The notes beneath the pieces were generated by a model that made no database searches, had not been told where the DNA came from, and saw only the letters and a list, made by a program, of their open reading frames with translations. A DNA stretch of 46,543 nt from a virus. Its lineage: Duplodnaviria; Caudoviricetes. The DNA lies in the IMG/VR virus record IMGVR_UViG_3300044711_000162, positions 1-46,543 of that record, one strand, 5' to 3'. A program made the position numbers and the translations under genes. Below are positions 16,677 through 25,492 of the stretch, piece after piece (position 1 is the stretch's first letter; every line of letters begins with the position of its first letter).

Positions 16677-17045
16677 GTGGTAGATCTCTGTCTCAATGGC
16701 GTTTCTCGCGTAGTGGTGCTCGTGGGCCCCTGGGCGATCAAGGTGCCCCGATTTGGCTATGGCTGGGCCATGGGCCTGCGCGGACTGCTGGCGAACATGC
16801 AGGAAGCGGTCTTCTCGCGTGCCCGCTGGCCGGAGCTTTGCCCGGTCGTGTTCGCGCTGTGGGGCGGCTGGCTGATCGTCATGCGGCGCGCGCGGCCGAT
16901 GACCGATGTTGAATGGGAAACCTTCAATGTGGAGGCCTTTCGCTACCCGAACGACGACTATTCGCGCGTGATCCCGGTGGAGGAGAAGCGCGACAGCTTC
17001 GGCTGGCTGGATGGGCGCGTGGTAGCCGTCGATTACGGATCCTAG
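16677..17045 (+). CDS. Minimal protein-kinase-like fold protein
   Basis: G.SRVV..AIKVP, N..E, VEEKRDSFG..GRVVAVDYG resemble kinase subdomains I-III, VIb and VII. Confidence 0.55.
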   Translation: MVDLCLNGVSRVVVLVGPWAIKVPRFGYGWAMGLRGLLANMQEAVFSRARWPELCPVVFALWGGWLIVMRRARPMTDVEWETFNVEAFRYPNDDYSRVIPVEEKRDSFGWLDGRVVAVDYGS

Positions 17046-17048
17046 TTC

Positions 17049-18926
17049 ATGGCCGGGGGCGGAAACATCGACAGCATCAAGGCGCGGGTGCAAAAGCCCG
17101 TCGACGCGCCGGATCTGCGCCGGCAGCAACCCGGACCCGGCGACCAGCTCGACTTGCCGATGATGCCGCCGGACTGCCCGGTTACCGCGCTGGGCATTCA
17201 GGGCCTGAAGCTGTGGTTGTTGGACGCGGCCAACCAGATCCAGCAGCTGAACACCGATTGCCGCAAGGGCGACATGACGTTGGTGTTCGGCGGCGACGGC
17301 TGGCTGATCGACAATTTCCCGCAGTTTTCGAATTTCGAGCGCGAGCACGAACTGCCGGCGAGCAAGTTCGACCAGAACAGGGTGCAGACCGCGCTGATCA
17401 CCGCGTGCTGGGCGAAAGGAATATTCGACCCGCAGGGCCGCGTGTTCGGCCGCGGGGCACACCGTGCCGGCGAGGATGACGACAAGCTGGTGCTCCATAT
17501 GGGGCGCAACGTCCTGATCGCCGGCGAGAGCGACAAGAAGGGCAAGCTGGGGCCGCTTAGCGAGCATCCGGCGGGCCAGATCGACGGGAAATTCTATCCC
17601 GCGCTGGGCGCATTGCCGCCGCCGGACAGCAAGGCGAGCACGATCGCGGACGCGGAATCGCTGATGGAGCTGTTTCGGCAGTGGAACTGGCTGGACAAGG
17701 ATGCCGCGCCGCTGCTGCTGCTCGGCATGAGCGCGCAGATGCATATCTGCGGCGCGCTGGTGTGGCGATCGCACATGTGGCTGGCGGCGCAGACCACCGC
17801 CGGCAAGAGCTCGCTGCAGAAGCTGCTGCGCGCGATCCATGGCGGATGGTGCCTGCATACCGAGGATGCGAGCGAAGCGGCCGTGCGGCAGACGCTGGGC
17901 GACGATACGCTGCCGGTGCTAATCGACGAAGCCGAGGCGGACGACAATCCGGAGCGGCAGAAGGCGATCCTGAACCTGCTGAAAAAGGCGAGCAGCGGCG
18001 CCAAGATGCACCGCGGATCGTCGGACCATCGCGCGCAGGAATTCACGGCGCAGTCGGCGTTCCTGTTGTCATCGGTGCTGCATAGCCTGGTGAAGGGCGA
18101 GGAGTGGAATCGCGTCGTCGTGCTGCAGCTGCGCCCTGCAGAGCGCGCCGACACGATGTGGCAGGAGCCGCCGCTGAAGCACTGGCGCCAGCTGGGCCGG
18201 AAGATGCATCGGCGCATGATCGAGCAATGGCCGCGGTTCGCGCGGACGTTGGCCGATTACAAGCTCGAGATCTGGCGGCACGGGCTCGGCGGGCGCTGGC
18301 AGGATACCTATGGCACGTTGCTGGCGTGCGCCGACTGCCTGTTGTTCGATTGCGCGCCGAGCATGGAAAGCGAGCTGAACGACGGCTACGGGCGCGAAAA
18401 GCGCTGGGTGCAGATGATGCTGCCCATGATGTATCAGGGCCAGAGCCAGGCCCGCAGCGACGAGGATCGCTGCCTGCTGCACCTGATGAGCACGACGTTG
18501 GCCGGCGAGCATGGGCGGGCTCCGGAGGCCGTGGGGCATTGGGTGAAGCGCGCGATGACGCTTCGCCCGACGGAAGACAACGATCCCACGGGCGGGATGG
18601 ACGCGGCCGCGCGCGACCGCCTGAAATCGAACGGGATGCGCCTGGTGCGGCTGAAGGACAGCGACAAGGGCTGGAAGCTGGATGGCGAGCCGCAGCCGAG
18701 CGAGGATGGGTGGAACGATCCGGCGGCCTATCTGGCCGTAGCCTATCCGACGTGCGTGCCGCTGCGCGATTTGTTCAGGGGCAGCGACTGGGCGGGCGGG
18801 CGCTGGATGCAGTCGCTGGGCCGGATCCCCGGGGCGGTGACGAATCGGCTGAAGATCCGGTTCGCGGGAGAGTTGCCGGATAACGCGATCGCGGTGCCGC
18901 TGCGGGCGTTGAGGGGGGAGCCGTGA
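17049..18926 (+). CDS. Replicative helicase / P-loop NTPase partner of the primase
   Basis: Walker A AQTTAGKS, Walker B VLIDEAE; in the primase operon. Confidence 0.8.
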   Translation: MAGGGNIDSIKARVQKPVDAPDLRRQQPGPGDQLDLPMMPPDCPVTALGIQGLKLWLLDAANQIQQLNTDCRKGDMTLVFGGDGWLIDNFPQFSNFEREHELPASKFDQNRVQTALITACWAKGIFDPQGRVFGRGAHRAGEDDDKLVLHMGRNVLIAGESDKKGKLGPLSEHPAGQIDGKFYPALGALPPPDSKASTIADAESLMELFRQWNWLDKDAAPLLLLGMSAQMHICGALVWRSHMWLAAQTTAGKSSLQKLLRAIHGGWCLHTEDASEAAVRQTLGDDTLPVLIDEAEADDNPERQKAILNLLKKASSGAKMHRGSSDHRAQEFTAQSAFLLSSVLHSLVKGEEWNRVVVLQLRPAERADTMWQEPPLKHWRQLGRKMHRRMIEQWPRFARTLADYKLEIWRHGLGGRWQDTYGTLLACADCLLFDCAPSMESELNDGYGREKRWVQMMLPMMYQGQSQARSDEDRCLLHLMSTTLAGEHGRAPEAVGHWVKRAMTLRPTEDNDPTGGMDAAARDRLKSNGMRLVRLKDSDKGWKLDGEPQPSEDGWNDPAAYLAVAYPTCVPLRDLFRGSDWAGGRWMQSLGRIPGAVTNRLKIRFAGELPDNAIAVPLRALRGEP

Positions 18927-19219
18927 GCGAACGTGTCACCGGCGTACGGGGACGTTTCTGCGCGGCGCACTATAGCCCGGAGGGGGCGCTGCATGGCCAT
19001 AGCTATTTGGTCAGCGTCGCGTTTGCAGAAGCGGAGGACGCAAGGCCTCTCAAGCTGCAGCTTGATCGTGTTTTGTCGACCCTAGATCACTGCGAACTGC
19101 CGAGGATGCTTTCCCGGGCGGAAGACTTGGCGGAACATATCGCTTTAGCATGCCCGGGCGCGATCGAGGTGGTTGTTGATAGGCCGCTCGACGACTTCTT
19201 TGGGCGGTGGCACGCGTGA
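18923..19219 (+). CDS. QueD/PTPS-like T-fold protein (short, lacks the CxxxHGH Cys)
   Basis: FCAAH, LHGHSY, LDH, AEDLA motifs. Confidence 0.82.
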   Translation: MSERVTGVRGRFCAAHYSPEGALHGHSYLVSVAFAEAEDARPLKLQLDRVLSTLDHCELPRMLSRAEDLAEHIALACPGAIEVVVDRPLDDFFGRWHA

Positions 19220-19854
19220 TCGGTTACGCCTCGCGCACCGGCACTCGCCGCAACCTTGCAGCGCTGCGTCGGGAAGATTGGCGGCTGCTGATTTCGTCCG
19301 CCGGCGTGCATCGAGACGAAGGCTTCCGCTTCGCGATCGACAACGGGAAGTGGAGCGCGCACACGACAGGCCAACCGTGGGACGAGGCCGCGTTCGAGCG
19401 CCTTCTGGGTACTCACGGTCCGCGCGCTGACTGGATCGTCGTGCCCGACATCGTTTGCGGTGGCGCCGAATCGCTGGCCTTGTCACGCGCATGGTTGCCG
19501 CGGCTCCAGGCACGCCGCGAGCTCGCCGGCCGAGTGTTCCTGATCGCCGTGCAGGACGGGATGACGCCCGCCGATCTGCACGACTTGGCCGGCCCGAGCG
19601 TGGGGATCTTCGTCGGCGGCTCGACCGAATGGAAAGAGGCCAGCATGACCGCTTGGTGCGCATTCGCGCGCGAGAGGCAAGCCATTGCACATATCGGCCG
19701 CGTGAACTCCGTCCGAAGGATCTTCCTTTGCGCGGCCGCCGGCGCGACCAGCTTTGATGGTTCAAGTGGCTCGATGTACGCGCGCAATATTCCGATGCTC
19801 GCAAACGCGGCGCGACAGACTGATCTCGAGTTGCTAATTCGGCGGGCCGCCTGA
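19216..19854 (+). CDS. TGT/DpdA-like base-exchange transglycosylase
   Basis: AIDNGKW, VPDIV, AVQDG, FVGGS, HIGRVN, SFDGS motifs in TGT-barrel order; GTGA-coupled to the QueD-like gene. Confidence 0.7.
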   Translation: MIGYASRTGTRRNLAALRREDWRLLISSAGVHRDEGFRFAIDNGKWSAHTTGQPWDEAAFERLLGTHGPRADWIVVPDIVCGGAESLALSRAWLPRLQARRELAGRVFLIAVQDGMTPADLHDLAGPSVGIFVGGSTEWKEASMTAWCAFARERQAIAHIGRVNSVRRIFLCAAAGATSFDGSSGSMYARNIPMLANAARQTDLELLIRRAA

Positions 19855-20744
19855 TGGGGCAGAACACGTCAGCCGTGAGCGCTACCCCCCCCTGCAGGCC
19901 TTCACGGCCGCTGTTGCGCTACCTGGGCAGCAAATGGCGCCTGGCGCCGTGGGTGATTGGGCACTTCCCCGATCACGAGATCTACGTCGAGCCGTGCGGC
20001 GGCGCATTTGCGGTGGGCCTGCAAAAGCCGCGATGCCGGACGGAAGTGTGGAACGATATCGATGGCGACCTGGTCAACCTGTTCGAGGTGCTGCGATCGA
20101 GCGCCGCCGGCGAGCTGATCCGGCAAGTTTCCCTGACCCCCTATGCGCGATCAGAATATCTCGAGGCGCATTTGCCGTCGACCGATCCGATCGAGCGTGC
20201 GCGGCGGCTGCTGATCCGGTCGCACATGGGGCATGGCACGCGCGGAACGCGTGTCGATCGCGCCGCGGGCTTTCGGAGCGATGGCAAGACCGGCGGTACG
20301 CGCGTGGCGGGTGAGTGGGCCGACTTTCCGGGGCCGCTGGCGGCGATCGTGGAGCGGGTTCGCGGCGTGTCGCTCGACTGCCGGCCGGCAGCTGAGCTGC
20401 TGACCTATTGGGACGATCCGAAAGTGCTGGTGTATCTGGATCCGCCCTATGTGCCGTCGACGCGCAGCGACAAGGCCAAGCAGGCTGAAGGGTATCACAC
20501 CTATGCATGCGAGATGACGCCGGCGGACCATGTCGAGCTGATCGAGCATGCGCGTGCGTCGCGATCGATGGTGCTGATTTCCGGCTATGAAAGCGAGCTG
20601 TACGACGATGCTCTGCGGGGATGGGAGCGCCGCACGGTCAAGGCGAGGGCGCACCGCAATGCCGAGCGCCTCGAGGTGATTTGGATCAATCCCCTCGCGG
20701 CCGCGCGGCTTCGCGCCGGGCCGTTGTTCGACCTGGCGGCGTGA
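19854..20744 (+). CDS. Dam/D12-class DNA adenine methyltransferase
   Basis: YLGSKW, YVEPCGG, NDID, YLDPPY, LISGY. Confidence 0.93.
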   Translation: MGQNTSAVSATPPCRPSRPLLRYLGSKWRLAPWVIGHFPDHEIYVEPCGGAFAVGLQKPRCRTEVWNDIDGDLVNLFEVLRSSAAGELIRQVSLTPYARSEYLEAHLPSTDPIERARRLLIRSHMGHGTRGTRVDRAAGFRSDGKTGGTRVAGEWADFPGPLAAIVERVRGVSLDCRPAAELLTYWDDPKVLVYLDPPYVPSTRSDKAKQAEGYHTYACEMTPADHVELIEHARASRSMVLISGYESELYDDALRGWERRTVKARAHRNAERLEVIWINPLAAARLRAGPLFDLAA

Positions 20745-21466
20745 TGGGGCAGAATACGTCCACAGCGGTGATGCAGGCCCGCGTTGAAGCGCACGACTCG
20801 CTCGACGACTTCCCTACTCCGCCCTTTGCCACGCGCGCATTGATCCGATTCCTCGTGGAGCTCGGCTATCCGCTCAACCGCCAGAAGGCGTGGGAACCGT
20901 GCTGCAACCGCGGCTTCATGGTCGCGCCGATGCGCGAGATTTTCGCCAGCGTGCGCGCGAGCGACGTCATGCGCTATTCCGACTATGTGCTTGAGGACGT
21001 GCCCGAGCTGATCGACTTCGCGACAACCGGCATGACCGAGCCGGATGTAGATTGGGTGTTCGGCAATCCGCCGTTTCGCCTGGCCGAGGAATTCATTCAC
21101 GTTGCGCGGCGGGTTTCACGCGTGGGCTGTGCGATGCTGGTTCGCGGCGCGTTTACCGAGGGCACAGGTCGGTACGAGCGTCTGTTCGGGCCTCGGCCGC
21201 CGGACTATGAATTGAAGTTCAGCGAGCGCGTCGTGATGCTCAAGGGGCGGCTCATCCGCGCCGGCGCTCCCGATCCGTTCAACCCCACGGAGCCGGGGAA
21301 GCCCGCGTCGACGGCAACCAGCTACGTCTGGCTGGTGTTTCTCCGCGACGGTGACGGGGACACCCGCGCCCGCTGGATCGCTCCATGCCGCTCGCGCCTC
21401 GAGCGCGCCGGCGACTATCCGGACTATGCGCTTGGCGTGGCGCCTGCAGCGGGATCGCTGCTTTAG
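20744..21466 (+). CDS. Second amino-methyltransferase (NPPF type, 240 aa)
   Basis: DDFPTPP, WEPCC.RG, ASDV, GNPPF; start ATG 20744 (TGATG). Confidence 0.85.
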   Translation: MGQNTSTAVMQARVEAHDSLDDFPTPPFATRALIRFLVELGYPLNRQKAWEPCCNRGFMVAPMREIFASVRASDVMRYSDYVLEDVPELIDFATTGMTEPDVDWVFGNPPFRLAEEFIHVARRVSRVGCAMLVRGAFTEGTGRYERLFGPRPPDYELKFSERVVMLKGRLIRAGAPDPFNPTEPGKPASTATSYVWLVFLRDGDGDTRARWIAPCRSRLERAGDYPDYALGVAPAAGSLL

Positions 21467-21678
21467 GTTTTACGGTGCTGGGCTTCGCGCCTGGCGATCG
21501 CGTCCTCGACCGCGGCGCGGAGAAAGTCCGCCTTCTTCACGTCACCGCGCACGGCCTCGATACGCCGTGAGGTGCCATCTTTGGCGAGAAACGATAACTG
21601 CTCGGTGAATTCTTTCGGGCGAGTCACGCGGCGTGATTTAGCCGCCGAAATTCCACTAGTCGAATCTCGCGCTGACAT
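21463..21678 (-). CDS. Ribbon-helix-helix DNA-binding protein
   Basis: RPKEFTEQLSFLA..RIEAVRG..KADFLRAAVEDAI. Confidence 0.7.
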   Translation of the reverse strand: MSARDSTSGISAAKSRRVTRPKEFTEQLSFLAKDGTSRRIEAVRGDVKKADFLRAAVEDAIARREAQHRKT

Positions 21679-21691
21679 GCGGGCGCTCCCT

Positions 21692-21738
21692 TCGATAACC
21701 GCTAGTGGATAAGCGACATATCCACTAGCGGTTATCGA
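21692..21738. repeat. Perfect 20-bp inverted repeat
   Basis: TCGATAACCGCTAGTGGATA-AGCGACA-TATCCACTAGCGGTTATCGA. Confidence 0.95.
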
Positions 21739-21753
21739 GTCCAGCGCGCCGGC

Positions 21754-21975
21754 CTAGTGCTTTTTCTTGCGCTTTCGCTTTCGCGGCTCGGCCTGAAGGA
21801 AGAGGGCGTCGGAAGCACGGGCCAGCTTGCGGACCCGTCGGACGAACGTCATCAGCACGATCGCAGGATAGACCTTGTGGATCGCGATCACGCCGTCGAC
21901 TCGATCGATAATGTGGATTTTGTCATCGACGAGGAAGACCTCCGGCGCGGAAGTCAGGTGGTGTACGCTGCACAT
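21754..21975 (-). CDS. Small hypothetical protein with basic tail (73 aa)
   Basis: GGAG RBS before ATG 21975; ends RKRKRKKKH. Confidence 0.55.
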   Translation of the reverse strand: MCSVHHLTSAPEVFLVDDKIHIIDRVDGVIAIHKVYPAIVLMTFVRRVRKLARASDALFLQAEPRKRKRKKKH

Positions 21976-22090
21976 TTTCTCTCCGTCCCCCCCGTTATGT
22001 TTTTTGGGGACGGAGAAAATCAGCGACACCGCGAAGGGGAGTCAAGGACAATCCACTAGTCGAAATGGGAATCCCGGAGGGGGACGGGCG

Positions 22091-24094
22091 CTATTGTCCG
22101 AGCCCCGGCTGGTTGGCCGCGACCAGGGCACGCGCAACGGGCGGACAGACGCTGTTGCCGATCGCGCTGATCTGCTCGGCGATCGTTAGGGGCTCGAATA
22201 CTTCCTTGCCGCGCTTGATCTTGCGCACGATGGGGTCGAGCACATAGTCGTCGGGAAAGCCCTGCGCGCGCGCCAGCTCGCGCGGCTTGAGCATGCGCAG
22301 GCCGATATCGACGATGACATAGGTGACGGCGTCGATCGTGACGGTGACGACGGCGTAGCGCGCCTGGACGGTGATGACGTCGATCGGCTTGTCGACGCGC
22401 TGGTGCTGGCCGACCTCCGAGCCATAGTACTTCACGAGGAAGGCGGCGACCTGCACCGCGCGCTCCATCATGTCCGCGGGCAGAGCGCCTTCCTCGATCA
22501 TGGTGGTCTCGACGATGCGCTGCGTCGATCCCTTGCCGACGATCGTCGACAGCGGCTTGCGCGGCGTGTGACCGACCATGCCGGTGTTCGCCTGCTCGAT
22601 GTGCGCTGCGACGACGGCATGGTGCTGGCCACCCGCGCGAACGACCTTGTTCGGCTGTGCTGGGTCACCTCCGCCGCCCGTGGTGTTGCTGCCGTAGAAG
22701 CTCGACAGAAAGGCGGTGACTGCGGCATGGCCGCCGCCAGTGTCGATCGTGCGGAGTGGGTCATGCGCGTCGAAAGCGTTGATCGCGTTCGACTGATGCA
22801 TGTCTGTACGGACCATGGTTGCCGCAACCAAACCATGCCTCGTCGCGCCCGACATCGCGGTGTCGAGCGGCTCGGCCGGGTCCTTCCCGACACCGTTCTG
22901 CGCCATCTTGTGGAGGTGAACAGCCGCAAGCGCCTCGTCGCGCGACGCCGTCGGTGTTGGCGCGGGTTCGGCAATGTCATGATGGCCTTTGCCCCGACGT
23001 TTCCCGCTCCTGTCGACTTCGCCATGCCCAGTACGGACCAACGTCGCGCCGACCAGACCAAGCGGCATCGCCCCGGCCGGTCGCTCCGGGTCACCGTTGC
23101 TGGTGACCACCGGCATTTCCTTGTCCATCGGCGATCCGACGCTGCCGCTGTGGAACTTCGTGATGTGCGGCGCGAGCTCGACGTCGACCGCGGCGAACTC
23201 GCCACCATTGGCAGTCGTGATCGTCCGCTTCGGTTCGTCGACCCCATAGACGCGCGCGTCGCCGCTATGCGTCACCGGCACGAGGAATGGCTGCGCGGCG
23301 TTGACGACATAACGCATCACGCCGTGGGCGATTCGGCGAAGCGTCGCATCCTTGAGCGGGCGCTTGCGCGTGAAGATCGACGGGCATTCAATCGACCAGT
23401 CGATGCACTCGGCTGCGGTGGGGTAAGTGGGGAGGTTTTGGAGATCCTTGAGGGTCAGTCCGTGGCCCTTCGCCCAGGCAGTGACGATGCCATGCTTGAA
23501 GCCGGCAGGGCGATGCGTCGGTTTCGGCCAGACGATCGGCCGACCGTCGCGCCGAAGGATGATGTAGAGGCGCCGGCGGCTCGTTGGCGTGCCATAGTCG
23601 CAGGCGCGAAGCGTCCGCCAATCGACCTTGTAGCCGAGCCCGCGCCAGGCGCGCACGAGACGCTTGAAGTCGCGCCCTTTCAGTTCCGGGATCGGCACCC
23701 CGTTCTCATCGAGCGGCGCCGCGTACTCATATTCTTCGACGTTTTCGATGAAAGCGACAAGCGGCTGCACCTCGCGCAGCCAGTAGGTCACCTCGTTCGA
23801 CAGCGCGCGGATGTGGCGGTTCTTGACCGGCCCTCCCTTCGCCTTGCTGTACTCTTTGCAGTCGGGGCTGAACCAGGCCACCGCGACCGGCTGCAGTCTG
23901 GTTGCCGCCTTCGGCCACACGGCGCGGATGTCCTGGCAGAGATGCTCGGTGCCGGGATGGTTCGCTTTGTGGATCGCGATAGCGGATGGGCTGTGGTTGA
24001 TGGCGAGGTCGACGTCGCGGCCGAGCGCCTGCTCGATACCCGTTGACGCGCCGCCGCCTCCGGCGAAGCCGTCGATGATGAGGCCCTGGAACAT
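22091..24094 (-). CDS. C5-cytosine DNA methyltransferase with long repetitive variable region
   Basis: FAGGGG, SPDC, ENVEE, RRRL, RELARAQGFP, IGNSVCP. Confidence 0.94.
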   Translation of the reverse strand: MFQGLIIDGFAGGGGASTGIEQALGRDVDLAINHSPSAIAIHKANHPGTEHLCQDIRAVWPKAATRLQPVAVAWFSPDCKEYSKAKGGPVKNRHIRALSNEVTYWLREVQPLVAFIENVEEYEYAAPLDENGVPIPELKGRDFKRLVRAWRGLGYKVDWRTLRACDYGTPTSRRRLYIILRRDGRPIVWPKPTHRPAGFKHGIVTAWAKGHGLTLKDLQNLPTYPTAAECIDWSIECPSIFTRKRPLKDATLRRIAHGVMRYVVNAAQPFLVPVTHSGDARVYGVDEPKRTITTANGGEFAAVDVELAPHITKFHSGSVGSPMDKEMPVVTSNGDPERPAGAMPLGLVGATLVRTGHGEVDRSGKRRGKGHHDIAEPAPTPTASRDEALAAVHLHKMAQNGVGKDPAEPLDTAMSGATRHGLVAATMVRTDMHQSNAINAFDAHDPLRTIDTGGGHAAVTAFLSSFYGSNTTGGGGDPAQPNKVVRAGGQHHAVVAAHIEQANTGMVGHTPRKPLSTIVGKGSTQRIVETTMIEEGALPADMMERAVQVAAFLVKYYGSEVGQHQRVDKPIDVITVQARYAVVTVTIDAVTYVIVDIGLRMLKPRELARAQGFPDDYVLDPIVRKIKRGKEVFEPLTIAEQISAIGNSVCPPVARALVAANQPGLGQ

Positions 24095-24285
24095 CAGACC
24101 ATGCTCGGTTCGTCAGCCGCTACAAAAAGCGGGCAGCTGCTCGCGTCATGTTGCATCGCGATCGACCGGAGCGGCGAGTTGAGCCGCAGCTTCAGGATCT
24201 CGCGGCCCTGCAGGTGGTAATGTGCCTGCGTGCGCTCCATGCCCGTCTGGTGCTGGATAAGGTCCAGTTGCTCGTCGCGGTTCAT
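24094..24285 (-). CDS. Hypothetical protein (63 aa)
   Basis: GGGAGG RBS; TGATG-coupled to the C5-MTase. Confidence 0.6.
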   Translation of the reverse strand: MNRDEQLDLIQHQTGMERTQAHYHLQGREILKLRLNSPLRSIAMQHDASSCPLFVAADEPSMV

Positions 24286-24339
24286 TGATCGGCCTCCCTT
24301 CCTATGCCGGTTGAGCGCCGACCGCGGCGCGGCGCAACA

Positions 24340-24352
24340 TCCCATATTGGGA
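24340..24352 (-). promoter_or_regulatory. Operator-like box at the C5-MTase operon promoter
   Basis: TCCCAATATGGGA on the minus strand downstream of TTGACG. Confidence 0.75.
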
Positions 24353-24745
24353 TTTTCTTGGTTCGTCAAGCGTGCTTCGTCAACAGCGTGCGCTCCTGCT
24401 AACCACCTGCTTCTATGGGCTTTATCGCCGCGATCCCGGCCGCGCCGGCTCGCCCGGACCCGGTTTAGGCAATCAAAAATCACGCTGAAGTATGGATGCT
24501 GTGTCGGGTCGGGGTGACCTGTTTGTTCTGGTCGCTGGGACGCCATATGTAGTTGATATTCCGTTATTTTAGTGGGTGTTCCGCGTGTTCTGAAATCTCG
24601 ACAGGCTCGCCGGTGCGTGTGCATGCCTGTGCCTCACGGGCGCGCGAGGAAAGTAGAACATTCGGAACGCGGCGGATCTCCTAGCTTTAGCCCGTTCCAG
24701 AAGCAGAACATTTAGAACGAATTGCGCGGGGGCTTGCGGCGATGA

Positions 24746-24758
24746 TCCCAATATGGGA
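24746..24758 (+). promoter_or_regulatory. Operator-like box in a rightward promoter
   Basis: TTGCGG..TCCCAATATGGGA with the same spacing as at 14525. Confidence 0.7.
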
Positions 24759-25492
24759 TTTAGTCGAGCCATGCGCGGGCCAACTTCGATCGATCGGAAT
24801 AAAATAGGGGGCGGATATGCCGTCCCTGCCGCCCGATGGGTGTGGGGGGTGCGTGGGTGCGCGCGGCTGGGGGATTTTTTCGGCCTGGCGGGCTCGATGC
24901 TGGCAGCTGAGGGCGGCCGGGCCGGCGCGGATCGGGGTGTGTTAGGCGCCTCGGTCCGCGCGACTCGGAATGGCGGATTTCTGCGGTTTTTCGGGCTCGG
25001 CCTCGGGCTTGTCGCAGCGCTCCCCGTCGCAGCGCATGGGCATGGCGTTGATTTTGCTTCGGAAAAACGGGGTTGTCGTCAGATCGTCAATCTGACGACT
25101 CCGAGCTCGAGCGAAGGCACCCCCCGGGGGGTGCTCGGCCAGGCCGCGGCGCCGGCAGGGGGGGTGGCCCCCTTTTCGATCGCGCGCCCTGGAGCCGATG
25201 ACCGTCGCGCTCGCGAGGCCGGAAATCGGGAAAACTTCCCGGCAGGCTCGATTTCGGGCCCCTTGGCACTTGACTGCCCTCCCCGGGTCGAGGGGCGCGA
25301 AATTCCACCGATGCAAATGGGGTCGGGGGTTCGGGCCGGGCATGGCCCGACAGGTCTAGGGCTGTACGGCGCGAAGGTCGGACGTGTGGCAGGGGGTCTG
25401 GGTGACGCCTGGGCTCATTCGTCGCTCGATGCTGGCAGGGCGTCGGTTGTGACTCGCCCCGGACTCGGTGTCAACGACCCGTCGCAGAAGGT

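Noticed and set aside
21692-21738. Protelomerase (tel) site
   Set aside because: No protelomerase or partition genes recognised, the repeat has a 7-nt spacer, and the phage has an integrase and attP
24575-24720. Alphaproteobacterial LexA boxes
   Set aside because: Spacing is GAAC-N5-GAAC rather than the GTTC-N7-GTTC consensus
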